63,968 nucleotides of DNA, filler included, from Octopus bimaculoides (GCF_001194135.2; 6 parts of 6 records of this genome joined end to end with filler, not necessarily neighbours in it); one strand, 5' to 3'. Numbered from the whole stretch's first letter, positions 33,884 to 48,770 are shown. Numbers and translations: made by a program. Notes: generated from the sequence alone by a model not told the origin.

Positions 33884-36699
33884 CATTTCCTTCTCCCTGT
33901 ATACAGTCGGAAGATATTCCTTCAAATACCCACAGAAGAAAAATACAAGATAATTTTCAGTCTGTTAAAATTAGTCTTAAAGAACTGGTAGTCATAAGTG
34001 TCCAACACCATTAGTATCACAGTCAAAGCAATCCACGAAAGGCCTATAGTATATATTTATTGACAACAAACCACAACATAAATTATTTTAACCTGTTCTG
34101 GTTAAGTTCGTAAGCTGTTGATGATACATCATTTCTATTAACGTATACCGCCAACTTCTTGTTTAGTCTCTACAGAATATAGTTGTTTTCCCGAAGTAGC
34201 AATCTGTATTTCTGGCTATTAACGAAACCTGACACACTTTGACTACAGTAAACCAATGTTTTTAGTATTTACTGACTGCAAACTTCAGCATATATAGAGT
34301 AACACCAGGCCCTTGGACGTGTGGACTACTGGTACAAAGCAATGCCTTGGGACCATTGGTGTATATTTATTGACATCAAACCACAAAATGGATAGACTAC
34401 CAATGAAATCTTTTCTGTTTGGCTGCACCTGTGGAAATTTTAAAATTTGGTGTATTGATGTAATTTCCCAAGCTGAATCCGAGGGGCTATTTCACTTTTT
34501 CCAGAACAATTTTTGAAGAAAAGGTTACAGAGGTTTAAAGCTTGGTCATTTTTACCCAGTGAGAAAACAGGATTTGGAAGCTATCATTTTGTGCGTGACA
34601 GCACGTGTTGTCAACTCTAAACAACTGAAATAATGGAGAAATTCTGCTCCACGTATGCCATATACCCCCACCCTAACTTCTTTATTCTTTCGGAATTTTT
34701 AGAAAATTTTTGCGAATTTGTAATCTTCACATGGAAATTCATACGATTATGCAAAAACCAAAAGAAAGAAAAGAATTGGCGCGTGATTTAAGACTTATTT
34801 ATCTGCTGTTTGTAGCACATACCATGACCTACTCATACCACATGTATTTTAAGCATTTAATAAGCGACAAAAAACACGTGGTAAGCAGCTTGGCAACAGC
34901 TGGCCTTGTTACTATGGAAACAGGCACCTATATATCTGTGGCTTTCGATTAGTTAAAATCATATTGATTTATGGCGAAAATGAATTTCATGCCAATGATT
35001 ACCTTTCAAAACTACACCAGTACGCCAAATATGAAATCAAGTGGAATAAAAATTGAAGAAATTGAAAAGTGGCAACCAAACAGAAAAGATTCATCCCATG
35101 GATGTATGGGAATCCCGGGCAATTGCCTACATGACTTAACATGGCATGTTTGGAAGGGCGGAAGCAAAATCGTCTAGCGTGAGATTTGAACTCCGAACAT
35201 GAAGTAACTAAATTCTGCAAATATCTTGTTGAACAAACTAATTATCACGTTAATCCACAATAAAATCAATTGTTTCTAACAACATCTTAAGTTTGGAGGC
35301 AGTGAGTTGGACATTTACATCAACTTCAATATTTAATAGGAACTTGATCGACACGCGGTGAGGAACGAAAAGAAAAGCTGACCTCGACGGGATTTGAATT
35401 CTGACAACCTAACGATTCTGTCATTCCAAAGCAAACTCCTAATTTAGATGACAAGAATAGGAATGTTGAGGCAGGGAGGAATTAATCTGTTGCATAGTAC
35501 TCGGATGGTATGAGAGCCAAATCTGATCACGGTGATTTTCTTTTTTTTCAGCACAGTGTGTAAAGAACCAGATCGAATACTACTAATAATTTTGCATCTT
35601 CGGCACTGTTAGTTTTGCAGCTCCACTGCAATGCAAAAAGTGAAATTCTTTCTCTGCTACAAATTAATCATTAGAGGAAGTAATATATATGCTAAGATTG
35701 CTTGAATCATTGCTACTGCTGTGGCGGTGATGGTGGTGGTGGTGGTAGTAGAAGTGCCCACTTCAATCCGTTATAAATGCCCCTACATAATACGAACGAT
35801 CAATAGATGGAAACTAGCAAATAGCCACAACTGTATTCTGCCTGTTCAGGGTATAAAACAATTCATCAGAAAAAGCTATATTATCCATCCACGGGGACAA
35901 TGCAATCTCACACACACGGTAAGATACAAATAGATGAGTACTGAATGACTGGGCGAAACGACCAATGGAAATGATGATTATTAATCGCGATGATTGTATT
36001 CGCCTCAGTAGCACATAAATAATGGTACCAATCGTGATGATGCTCATAATAATTGTTTCTAATATAAGCATAGGGTCTGAAATTTGGCTCGTCAATTACA
36101 TAGACTCCAGTACTTGACTGATACTCTATTTTATCGACTCCGGAAGGATGAAGGGAAACATTTTAGTTTAAAATGTAATGTATCGGAAGAAATACTGCAA
36201 AGTGTTTTGCGATGCACTAACGATTTTTCCAGATTTTTCACTATAACAGCATTAGTAGTGCCGATGTTACTAATACCAGACCTTTAGTCAAGAATAATCA
36301 AGTTTCGTCAGTAATCAGAAATATAGCTTGTGCTGCTTCTGAGAATCATAAGCACATTCCGCAGGGATTGAATAGGATGTTGGCTATAGATGTGAATAGA
36401 TACGATGCTTTATTAACAGTGTACAGACTCAACTTTAAAAGCAAGCTAAAGTAATTCCCATGAATAAAAGACATACATTTAGAAATCTACTCTTAAATAT
36501 AAGGCGTAGTTTAAGAATGATATAATGTCCAAACTACATTTTGTTAATACGACGCTATCGTAACATAACTATAACTATTTTATTGTTAGTACGTCTTCCA
36601 TCTCGTCGTTTCCACATGTCCATGTCTGTTCTGCTACCGAGTCCACTAGTAGTTTAGTAAGTCTGTTAATTGTTAAACGCTACACTGTAACAATGTACA

Positions 36700-37400
36700 G
36701 AATAGCGGCACTTCATAAAATTTACGAAATAAGTTAGGTTCGGCTCGTGTGCTGTAAAGCGAGGTAAGATTAGACGTATCAGGCTGAATCCTTCTTCAAG
36801 GGAAAAACTTTTTGTTCGAAGTGTACAATACAATTGATATCAACAAACATACTTCTAAAAGTATAGTATGTCGACAGACATCTTAATCTCAATTTATTTG
36901 TCGTTCACACTACAAATGATACCCACACTTTTATTCAAAGAAAGCTTTGTTAAAACGTCAGGTTGCTCGTCACATCATGGCATAAACATTTTTTTATTAT
37001 TTATCTAAAAAAGGAAACTGCTCAAGATTATTTGTTACCTCAGACTCTGAGGCGTCTCCCTCTTCTCATGATACTTTAGATGGGTTGCCAGCATTTGACC
37101 AATCTCGATCATGTAAAGCTCTTTCAGTCTAAATATTGCATCTTTATTATCGTCTTTTATTAATATTTTAGATATTTTCTGGATTGGATTCATTCGTATT
37201 TTATTCACTTTGAATAAAGAGATCGGTAATGTGAGTGCTTCTTTTACGACCAAGACTTAGGATTATTTTAATCCAGCAGATATAATCGGTTTTCTTGCTT
37301 CTTTCTTCACCATGGTTGCTATTAACAGTTTGCTTGTGGCAGAGATGAAATACGAACCATCATCGATCACTTAGTGGCTGGAACATTCTTCTCTCTACAC
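36700..37400 (-). mobile_element. Possible Penelope-like element remnant (GIY-YIG C-terminus plus downstream hammerhead-like motif)
   Basis: Weak translation ..PIQKI...DDNKDAIFRLKELYMIE. About 250 nt downstream on the same strand: cttgaaga-agg-attcag-cct-gata-cgtc. Confidence 0.4.
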
Positions 37401-38894
37401 GTCTAGAGGTTCAGTTAGTAAAAACATACATACATACATACATACATACATACATACATACATACAAGGGCTCCAACATAGTTTCGACTAATTATAGCTA
37501 AAACAAACTAAAGAACTAAAGAGTAAACATTTAATTCGTTATTTAAAGACAAAATCACTTATAAAAATATCTTCAACAATATTTTCACATGCTGCTTTAA
37601 TTTCTGCGTAGACTTAGGGATGGAGACTGCTGTATTTCATTTGTAGTCGGTTGTCTGGTTGGCGATCTCGGGAAGCAGACCTTGTAACTCTGAAAAATTA
37701 ATTTGACATAGTTTGTTGGCTTGATCGTCATGAGCCTCGAGGAAGTCTGTTATATAAACATTCATACATCATACATCATACGTCATATCTATTTGTCTAC
37801 CCATTCATTATTGCATGCATACATGTGATGTTCGTTGCCATTAGCTGCTAAAATATGTCTGTAATGTCCAGCTATTGCTAATGGACAAAGTGAAAGTCGG
37901 TAGGATGCCTGTACTTTCATGCCTTTCTTTATAGAGTACCAGGAAAATAGATGATATAATAATTCCAGTTGGCAAGAACACACTGTTATATCAAATTGCT
38001 AAATTGCCATCACCACGACCACCATCACTAACAGTATCACCAGCAACAAAAACAACAGAAGTAACAACAAAAACAACAACAAAGAACAAGGTAGTATAAC
38101 CAAAGCCTAAATTTCTTAAAGGAAATTCAGTGTGTAAAAGTCAAGACCTATCATAAATTTCTCAAGAATTTTCAGCTTGTCACTTTAACCTACATTCAGT
38201 CATGTAAAGTGTTTTCTCAGTTTTCAGCTCTTTTCAAGGAATTTCGGATCCGTAAGAGCATTACATTTATTTTCGAAATAATACAACTTAGGTATTTTGT
38301 GTTTTCAGAACTGATAATTTCAATCCTGTTCATTATAGTTGTTGATGGTTCACCATTTTTTCAATCCTCTTTTTAAAATATTTTCACCCCATTTAATTTT
38401 CTTTTAAATCCCTTTCGGTTATTCCGTGTTTTCAGTTACTCTTATCCTGCTTCTGGCCTTTTTCTTTTCCCGTGTTTTTTCTTTTTTCTTTTTAATTACG
38501 TTTCAAATTCCTTTAAGTCATTTACGGCAGTTTTCAGTAACTTTTATATCCTTTTAACATTGTCTTAGCTTTTCTGTCATTTCCAATCTATTTATTTATT
38601 TATTTATTTATTTATTTATTATTTTCAATTCCTTCAAGTCTTTTCAACAGCAGTTCGTTGTTTTAACACTTTATTTTCCAATTCCTTCCAATTAGCTATT
38701 TCTACCCATCTTGCATAATGCCATTTTTGTTTAAAAAATGCTCAACTACTTTAATTTCCCATATTTTCAAATCTTCAGATTCTTCTTTATTTTCCAGTCT
38801 TTTAAAAATCCTTTTTAGTTTTTCCATAATAATTTTTTCTGACTTTTCTTTACTTGTTTCTGTCACTTCTTTTCTTTACTTGTTTCTGACACTG

Positions 38895-39130
38895 AGCTGT
38901 GGCCGTGCTGGGGCACCACCTTAAAGGATTTTAGTTAAACAAATTAATCCCGATATTTAATTTTGTAAATTTGGTACTTATTCTATCGGTTCTTTTGCAG
39001 CACCGCTTAGTTACAGATTGTAAACAAACCAGCACTATTTCTCAGGCAGTGGTGAGAGACAAAAACAAGCACAAAGACACACCACTACGCGCGCGCACAC
39101 ACGCAGACACAGACACAGACACACACAGAT
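38895..39130 (-). mobile_element. SINE family B, 3' half
   Basis: ggccgtgctggggcaccacc..ggtacttattctatcggttcttttgc. Confidence 0.65.
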
Positions 39131-42100
39131 ACAACATGGCTGCAGTTCAGTGACTGAAACATGTAAACGATAAAAGGTAAAAGAATATTCATTAAGACAG
39201 TTTTCAGTTGAATATTTTGTTTGAGTTAACTCCCTTATTCTATCATTTTATGTTTTTAGCATCGTGTCTAGTTCTCTCATGTGAAAGTGAAGTGTTTCTT
39301 TCACTAGTTTTCTCCTCGTATATTTATAAATCTTTTTCTAGTCCTGATCAACCTTTGGGCAAATGGTTAGGTATTTCCAGTTATTTTGGAGATATCCAAT
39401 GGTCTACAACAAGGTTTGCAGTTATTTTCGATTTCTTTACTATATTTTCTTGTCTAGGCTGAAAAGTCCGGACAGGAGGTGCTTGTGGCTGAGACACTGC
39501 ATGTCGAAACACTGATGTCCCAGAATCTTTTGCAACAATGATTGTGTTATGAACACATTGTCATTGTCAAAAGTTGTTCTCCTGTGACATACCCAATAGC
39601 GACTAACATATTTACGTTAAAAACTGGTGGAACGTATAACAAAAAATGCAAACCATCGTTTCAGTATTCCCAATACATTTAAAAACAATATTTTTGCCTC
39701 TCATTCACATTTTTTGTTCTTTTTTTAAAGTTTTGTTCTTTTAAAACATTTGCAATCCCTTTCAATATCTTCTGTAATTTTCACCTATATTCATTTCCCT
39801 TTCCACTAAATTATTCTCTTATTGTATAAATGTTTATGGGTGTTTTAATGCTTTAGTTCGAAAAAAAGCAAACGCACTTTCGACTCCTTTCTGGGTTCCC
39901 TTGACTATGAGGGAGAAGGGAAGAAATTATCCTCGAACCAAAGTCTTTATTTAAATAGCTTGCAACACAGTTGACGGCGGTAAAGTACATAAAAGGCCTG
40001 ATATTATTTAACTTGTTACTTCATAATTATGTGTTTTATACTATCTCTCTAAAGCTTACTTTTATTGCTACCAATAATCTACTTGTCTGTCTGTTTGCCT
40101 GTCTGTTTATCTGTCTATCTATCTAACAATCCACCCATCCCTCCATCCTCCCTCAGTCTGTCTGCTTGTCTATTTATCTCAGTATGTATGTATATATGGA
40201 TGTTTGTATGTATGTACGTATGTTTTATATGTATGTATATATGTATGCATGTATGTGCGTATGCTATTATTTAACTTTATTTCAAGATTTCTCGCCAATG
40301 GAGAAAAAAGCCGGCTCCTGACCTAGATCCAAGACTCATTCATTGGAATTTCAGCAACATAAACAAGGTAGTTCTATCTAGAGGTGTGTATATATGTCTG
40401 TACGTATGTATATATGTAGGTTTGCATGCGTGTATGTATGTATGTATGTAAGTACGCATATATGTATGCTTGTGTGTATCTATATACGTATGCATATATG
40501 TATGTATGTATGTATGTATGCATGTGTATATGCATGCATGTATGTATGTATGTATGTATGTATGTGTGCATGTATGTATATATGATGAATGAGGTATTCG
40601 CGTGCTAAGTTTTTGACCCAGTATTACAGACATATACATTTCAAAGTAAGAAACAATGTAGCCGTCAATGTGATAATGGTGTCTTAATGGTACTAACTCT
40701 ATCAGCCCAAGAGGGAGATGAAAAGCAAAGCCACCGTCTCTGGGATTTGAATTTCGAATATAAAGAGAATACACATAAATCCAGGACATAATAAAAACAA
40801 TATCAAACACAAAAATGATACGAAAAATATGACATAAAATATAAAAAATACAAATAAACATAAAATATCAAAAAATGTAAAAGATGTAAATATAACAAAA
40901 AATGATGCAATAAAAATATAAAATATAAACGATAGAAAGTATAACACGAAAACAGCATAAAAACACGGAATATTTTCTATATCATCTTACAGTTATCTTT
41001 CAAGTGCGATCCTTGTAATATGCAGTTGTATGTGCGTGTCTGTGATATATATGTGTATATATGTATGCGCGCGCGCGTGTGTGCGTATGTGTGTGTGTGT
41101 GAGTGTGTGTGCCTGATAGAAGTGATCGTTAAGAGATGGTGATATTAAAGTCCTTTCTACTGACATACCTTTAATTTTGTTTCGATGGTATCATTCAATA
41201 GAAACTATAGAGCTTGAGATGCTCGTTGGATGTTTAGAAGTGAAAATAAAAAAAAGTTCCTTTACTTTATCAGTTGTCGTTTATTTTAATGTCTGACATC
41301 ATCGAGTAGACTTGTCAGCAGAAGCGCATGCATATCGGGAACAACGTTTTCCTTGTGCCAATGTACCGACGGTGATATGAATACACGTTCGTCGTAAAAG
41401 AGTTGTTCGCCCCTGATCAAACACTACAGCGATAAGCATATTCACGTTCGAATCTGCTGGGAAACTCGTTTAGAATAAATATGCAAGTCATCGTTTTGAT
41501 TTTCCACTGTGAATATGATAATTTATCGACGGTTGGTAAATATTAGTAAGGAATTAGTTTATTATATACAAAGCAGAGAACTCCTCTTAGATTCACTGAT
41601 TCGGGCAGCCTTCGACAGTGATACACAACAGGGTCGAAACAACGGGTGTCTTACAATCCCTTGCACTAATGAATCAACTGTGTTGTGAATATATATTTGT
41701 CGTAAAAGATTTCTTTTCCTGTGACGGAACACACCAGCGATTAGCATCTTCACATTCGAATCTGTCAATGTATGAATAAATATGGAAGGCATCGTCGTTT
41801 TTCAAATGCTGCTTGAGATGCTGGAGGTGTCATTTTAAGTATGTTTGGCTGCTAATTCACACAACTCCCATAGCCACTTGAATTAACACTTGTTGGCAAG
41901 TCAGTATATTAGAAGTTTGGCATTTACGGACATATGTTACTTGATGTTTTATGATGTTTTTAGAATTTAGCTGTATCAGCCCAGATTGAGTAGACTATTG
42001 ATAAAATAGGGCTCCAGCCAGTAAACACCACCTCTTCTTTCTTTGTTATTATTGAAATACTCATCTAGGTCTACATTAAACCAATAAAATTCTTCCTTTG

Positions 42101-42279
42101 TATTTTCTTTAAGACGGCACATTGGGATTTGAGGTATATTATCCTGATACTTCTAGCATATCAATTAACCATGTAGAAGCTTCTTCCACGTGGGTTGATT
42201 AGAGGCTGTAATGCATTTTGAAACTGATTGGTACAATACTTCACACTTATTCTCGCTATATTTTACCTTAATATATTTA

Positions 42280-42490
42280 TGGCAGAATCGTTATCACACT
42301 GGAGACAATGATTAGGGGCATTTCTTCTGGATGGCTACGTTCTGAGTACAAATGCTGTCAAGAGTGATCGTACATTTTATCCTCTTGGGGTCGATAAAAC
42401 AGCACCAGTGAAATGTTAGAGTCGATAGAGTCGACTACTCCATCCTTTCAAAATCGCTGACCTTGTGCCAAAATTATCATAGAAAGAATT
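42280..42490 (+). mobile_element. SINE family A, diverged
   Basis: tggcagaatcgttatcacac..tacgttctgagtacaaat..ggggtcgataaaa. Confidence 0.65.
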
Positions 42491-45400
42491 ATATTTGATC
42501 TGAAACAAATTCAGCCAAAATCAATGAATTCTTTCAGTGTCACATATAGGACACACACACACACACGCACACACGCATGCACAACCATTCATACGCACAC
42601 ACACTCATGCACACACAATCACTTACATACATACCTACATTTTCTTGAACCGCCCTTAACAGTGACATTCAAGAGACACTAAATAGACGGATATATTTTT
42701 CCACTTGGAGCTATCAAGATTGCTATAATTAAAAGAAGAGATGCTATACTTTATCCAGCCTACTCCCCAAAACGCTAATCCAAGAATGTTAGGAGCACAA
42801 CGTAGTTAATTCCCACGCTTTCTTATACGATTGGATGGAATGTTGGTGGGGCGAAGGAACTTCATACACCGATTTATTTAGTGTTTAACAGAACCTCTCC
42901 TTTATTTTGGTTTAGAAGGGCTATATTTTTCTTATCCTTTGCCTACCCTTTAAAGTTATCACGTATTTTGATTGAAATAGTAAATAAAATAATCATACAA
43001 TTGAAGAAACTATAAATAAATAAATATAAAGAAAATATCTTTTCCTGATAATAGCAAAAATCTTCAGTAGCAGAGACGTGTAAAAGCGAATCTAAAAACG
43101 AGAGGGTGGCCCCTCCCTCTATCTGATCCTTCTGTAGGGAGCTATACACCTTTTGTCTGTCTCTTAAACCTTTAACGTTCAGTTCCTACACCTTGTCCGT
43201 GCATGTGTTGATGTACATGCCTCTCTTATTCTATCTATCTCTCTTTTTAATTCTCTCTCTCTCTCCTCTTCCTATTAATCTGTTACATTCAATCTCTCAC
43301 AAGATACACACACATATTCCTTTTTTTTAATTTTTTTACACTCCTTTTATCCTTACTCGTTTATTCTCAAAGGCCAGTTTCCAAACCTCGATTTTCTTTC
43401 GGAAACTAGAATTTTTTTTTTTTTTTTTTTCATCTCAAAGAACAGATATGTTGCAGAATTGAGTTTGAAAGGAAAACACTGCTTGGAAACCCAGAGCCAG
43501 CATGGTTTCAAAACATGGAGCGAAAAATAGCTCTAGGCACACACACACATACACACACACACACGTACAACATCCACCCACGGATACAAACACAAACGCG
43601 TATGTTTGTGTGGGAGTGCCTCTGTCACAGGGTTTGACTCACTGCTTTTCCATTATCACTTGCAGCAGTCATCTTTCAAGACCCTTTCTCTTGTGTTTAT
43701 GTATTTCATCTCACATGACAGACACGGAGAGAAATTTTATTTAAAAATAAATTAAACTATGCAAAAAATCAAGCTAAATATATCACCAACAATGTTTTCA
43801 AAAACAACAATAATAACTACAAAAATTAACAACTATTTCCACCTCCGAAAAGTGGGTTTGAGTCGTTGTTATTATTCTGACAGCCGCACGCGGAAAAACA
43901 TATTTCATCGGTTAGTCAAATGTCTATCCTTTCTCAGAATCTGTGTGGTTGATGGGAGAAAAGAAGGGAGAGAGAGAGAGAGAGAGAGAGGGAGGGAGAG
44001 AGNNNNNNNNNNNNNNNNNNNNNNNNNNNNNNNNNNNNNNNNNNNNNNNNNNNNNNNNNNNNNNNNNNNNNNNNNNNNNNNNNNNNNNNNNNNNNNNNNN
44101 NNNNNNNNNNNNNNNNNNNNNNNNNNNNNNNNNNNNNNNNNNNNNNNNNNNNNNNNNNNNNNNNNNNNNNNNNNNNNNNNNNNNNNNNNNNNNNNNNNNN
44201 NNNNNNNNNNNNNNNNNNNNNNNNNNNNNNNNNNNNNNNNNNNNNNNNNNNNNNNNNNNNNNNNNNNNNNNNNNNNNNNNNNNNNNNNNNNNNNNNNNNN
44301 NNNNNNNNNNNNNNNNNNNNNNNNNNNNNNNNNNNNNNNNNNNNNNNNNNNNNNNNNNNNNNNNNNNNNNNNNNNNNNNNNNNNNNNNNNNNNNNNNNNN
44401 NNNNNNNNNNNNNNNNNNNNNNNNNNNNNNNNNNNNNNNNNNNNNNNNNNNNNNNNNNNNNNNNNNNNNNNNNNNNNNNNNNNNNNNNNNNNNNNNNNNN
44501 NNNNNNNNNNNNNNNNNNNNNNNNNNNNNNNNNNNNNNNNNNNNNNNNNNNNNNNNNNNNNNNNNNNNNNNNNNNNNNNNNNNNNNNNNNNNNNNNNNNN
44601 NNNNNNNNNNNNNNATATATATATATAAATATGTACGTATGTGTATGTGTGTGAGTGTGTGTATGTGTGTGAGTGTGTGTATGTGTGTGAGTGTGTGTAT
44701 GTGTGTATGTGTGTGTGTGTGTGTAGTAAGGAACTTTAGAGAGGGCTGAACAACAGAAGAAGCCATTACACCACTCATGCTAATGCTTCGGCATTTTATT
44801 CTTTTCAGCACAAGGGGGCAGGCCGCATTAGGTAAGGACTCCTTACGCTTTTGAATATCGGAAGTATAAAACTTGAGGTACGGTGAATGAAGCTTTCTAC
44901 TGCTAATAAATGCTATAAAACTCTACAACTTATTCTGAGTTGTGTGCTTTGTTTCTTTGTTCATGCCGAGCAGTGTAAGCCTACTCGCATACGAACAAGT
45001 GGATTCCTAACGACATGTTTCTATTTACCCAGTTTAGTCAACTGGAGGACTCAGCTGGAGACATTTGTGCTGTGTGCCGTGGGGTTGGAATCATCTGGAA
45101 TCTTACAGAGATGTGAAGGGAGCTTCTTGACAACACAGCTATGATTGCATACTTATTGATATATTTCGTAATTTCATTGAAAGATTTTGTAGAAATCATT
45201 CTTTAATGTGTAGAGTAACCTATCTCTAATGCTCAACCTACGAATTTACAGAATATGCGTCGAGCCAGCTTGGGAGACTTCCATGTAGTAGTCCGATGTG
45301 GTAGAAATTACATTTAATTCTTCTTGCAATCAAGCTCTACATTCTTAAAGAGAATATATTGCAGATTGAGTAATGTTGTTCTGGATCAGTCTGAAAACAG

Positions 45401-46526
45401 AGAGAGAGAGAGAGAGGAGAGAAGGTGAGAGAGAGGGAGAGGAAGAGAGAGTGAGAGATAGGGAGAGAGAAGGGCACTTGGTGATTACTACTACAACATC
45501 TTTTATAACCCCCTCCGGAATACCTTTGATCATAAGGTTTGACCATGGTTTGATCCGGGACTGAACAGCAAAAACATTAATAAAAGTATTTATGCATCAC
45601 TTTCTGAATAAATTCCAACAATGGAGTACTGTTGTTTATTTAGTTGTAGTTTTGCCTCAGGTCAGTTTTGTTCGAGCAACCAACCCTATGATCAGAAGCT
45701 TCCCAGAAATGATCATCACATTTTATTTTTCAGATATAATATATTTTGGAATATATTATATCTGTCACTTCAACCAGTTCCTTTCACTTCAAGCCAGTGA
45801 CAGGGTTTGATTTGAAGCAGATCCGGTTACTGCTTTTACTAGGCCTAACATTCAAGTAAAGGCTTATCTTTCGGTTTGTCGAAGTTGTTAGGAGCAAAAC
45901 ATTTAAAGAATTTTAAGAATGAATAGGGGAAAAATACCCCACCCCCCAAATAAATGGAAAGCAAAACGCAAAATCGTACACACCTGTACGACGTAAGTTA
46001 GATAACGAACTGACGAAGGGGCGAGAGCCTACACGGTTGGTCGAAATACTATAAATTGTAATCAAAACCCCTCCCGTCTCAGAAAAAGGATCATAAGATA
46101 ATGTAATTCAGTGTATGCTATATTTGAAAAAAGAAAAAGAAAAAAGAAAAAAATGACGATGTTATCATAAGAGTGCTTGATAGGGGTAGCCTTGGGATGA
46201 AACAATAACAGCCGCATTAAAATGGAAGGAAGCAACACAGATAGATGGATATTTGTAGCAGTGGTAGAAGTGATGATGGTGATGGCGATGGGGTGGGAGG
46301 TGGGGTGGCCGCTGTCGTCGAAAAATTTCAAGCTTTGAGTCACAGATGTTTCTGCTAAACATACATACGTACATACACACACATATCCATCCATCCATCC
46401 ATCCATCCATCCATCCATCCATCCATCCATTCATTCATACGCACACACAAACACAGATACACACACATACTCTTGACTTGAGTTCTTTTCTTTTGAGCTT
46501 TATTTCTCCTGTTGCGTCACCAAACT

Positions 46527-46577
<51 letters not shown>

Positions 46578-47690
46578 AGAGAGAGAGAGAGAGAAAGATA
46601 GAGAAAGAGAGAGAGAGATAGACAGAGACAGAGACAGAGATGAAGAGAGAGATAGAGAGGAGAGAGAGCGAGAGATGGACAGTCATACAGGCAGTGAAAC
46701 ACAAACACAGATTAGCATCCCGTAGACTTCTGCTAAATGCATCATTTATTAGTTTCGCCCCACAAGAATCTTTACCCAGAGACAAGCAACTAAACCACCA
46801 GACCGAATTCTAATTAATATTCTGAGAAATGTCAAAATATTTAAGTATATTATTATAACAATCGTGGAAATGCGCCGTACTAAATATCTCATAATTAGAT
46901 GCGTCTCCTTGTATTCTGAATTCAAGTCCAGCCGAGTTTCACTTTGTCTTTCATGTTTCCAGGGTCGATAATATAAAGTAGCATGCAGTAGAAGTCGAGT
47001 ACTGAGCTCGATATGACATGGCACAACATACTCACCCGATCTGCCTTTCCTCCTCCTCCGTCTAAACGTTTGTGGGCTCGAGCCTGTATCAGGAATAATG
47101 GTTATCAATAACACCATCGGCACCAATATAATTTATAATTGAGTGCATTGTCGAACTACAAAACACTGCTGCTCTGCCTATTCATTCATCTCCTCCTCCT
47201 NNNNNNNNNNNNNNNNNNNNNNNNNNNNNNNNNNNNNNNNNNNNTTAATTAATTAANNNNNNNNNNNNNNNNNNNNNNNNNNNNNNNNNNNNNNNNNNNN
47301 CCACAATAACAACGCACGACTACAACAGCAACAACAACCATACCTCAAGCCACACCACATCAGCAACAACAACAACAACAACAACAACAACACCAGCATT
47401 GGCAAAAACAAGAGAAAAATCAATTAAGAGACTGCCAGTATTTCTCCTTGTTCCCTGGTTCCAGAATCTTCCACAGAGAAGTGCAGGAGATGGTAATTAG
47501 CTCTACACTGCCAAACCTCTTATACACCCACTTACCTATGTATGTATCCGCATATGTATGTATGCATGTATGTATGCATGTGTGTGTGTGTGTGTGTGTA
47601 TGCATGTATGCATGTATGTAGGTATGTATGTGTGTATGCATGTATGTAGGCATATATATGTGTAGGCATGTATGTACATGTATGTCTGTA

Positions 47691-47761
<71 letters not shown>

Positions 47762-47933
47762 ATGTATGTATGTACATATGTATATATGAATGTATGTATG
47801 TACATACATATCTATATGTATGTGTGTGTATATGTACATGTATATCTGTGTGTGTGTGTGTCTCTCTCTCTTTATCTATCTATCTATCTATCTATCTAGA
47901 TAGATAGATAGATTGATAGATAGATAGAATGAG

Positions 47934-47964
<31 letters not shown>

Positions 47965-48006
47965 GAATGAGATAGACAGATAGATAGATAGATAGAATGA
48001 GATAGA

Positions 48007-48037
<31 letters not shown>

Positions 48038-48641
48038 TTAGATAGATAGTTAGAAAGATAGATAGATAGAGTGATAGATAGGCAGATAGATAGATAGATA
48101 GATAGATAGATAAACAGATTGGTAGATAGATAGACAGATCGATAGATATATAGGTTGATTAATGGATAGATGGATTCATAGATATACAGGCAAATCACAC
48201 ACACACACACACATGTTTGTATATGTGTGTGACCAACACTGTGCGTGTATATAGTGTAAGCATGTACAGTTATTCCTCAAACTCTCACTTCTATCTTTAT
48301 CTACACACACACACACACACACACACAAGCACACACACACACACGCACACACATACACACACACACTTATATATACATACAAATTATATAATTAATCATA
48401 TGTACATATGTGTTTATTCATTTCATGTCTGATTCTCCATAATGGTGTCATTAGTTTGATGGGATGGAGGGTTGCAAGGTACATTTGACCGCAGCAGATT
48501 TTGAACCCAGTGCACAGAGAGAGCTGGAACAAATACAGCAACACATTTTGCACCTCATGTTCTAACAACGCTGCGAATTCACCATCTCAAACACATGTGT
48601 ATATATAGATAGATATATATAGATATATATATATATATATA

Positions 48642-48770
48642 GGAGTGGCTGTGTGGTAAGTAGCTTGCTTACCAACCACATGATTCCAGGTTCAGTCCCA
48701 CTGTGTGGAATCTTGGTGCAAGTGTCTTCCACAATAGCCTTGGGCTGACCAAAGCTTTGAGAGTAGATTT
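48642..48770 (+). mobile_element. SINE family B head (runs into gap); further heads at about 50060-50260 and 51380-51470
   Basis: ggagtggctgtgtggtaagtagcttgcttaccaaccacatg..ggttcagtccca..gcaagtgtcttc. Confidence 0.8.

Noticed and set aside
38150-38890. K/E-rich minus-strand coding region
   Set aside because: It has multiple stops and low-complexity T-rich composition with no diagnostic motif. It may be a very old LINE remnant but cannot be supported.
46008-46048. Second hammerhead-like motif (ctgacga...gaaa)
   Set aside because: Stem II does not close next to GAAA and no stem III or cleavage triplet follows.
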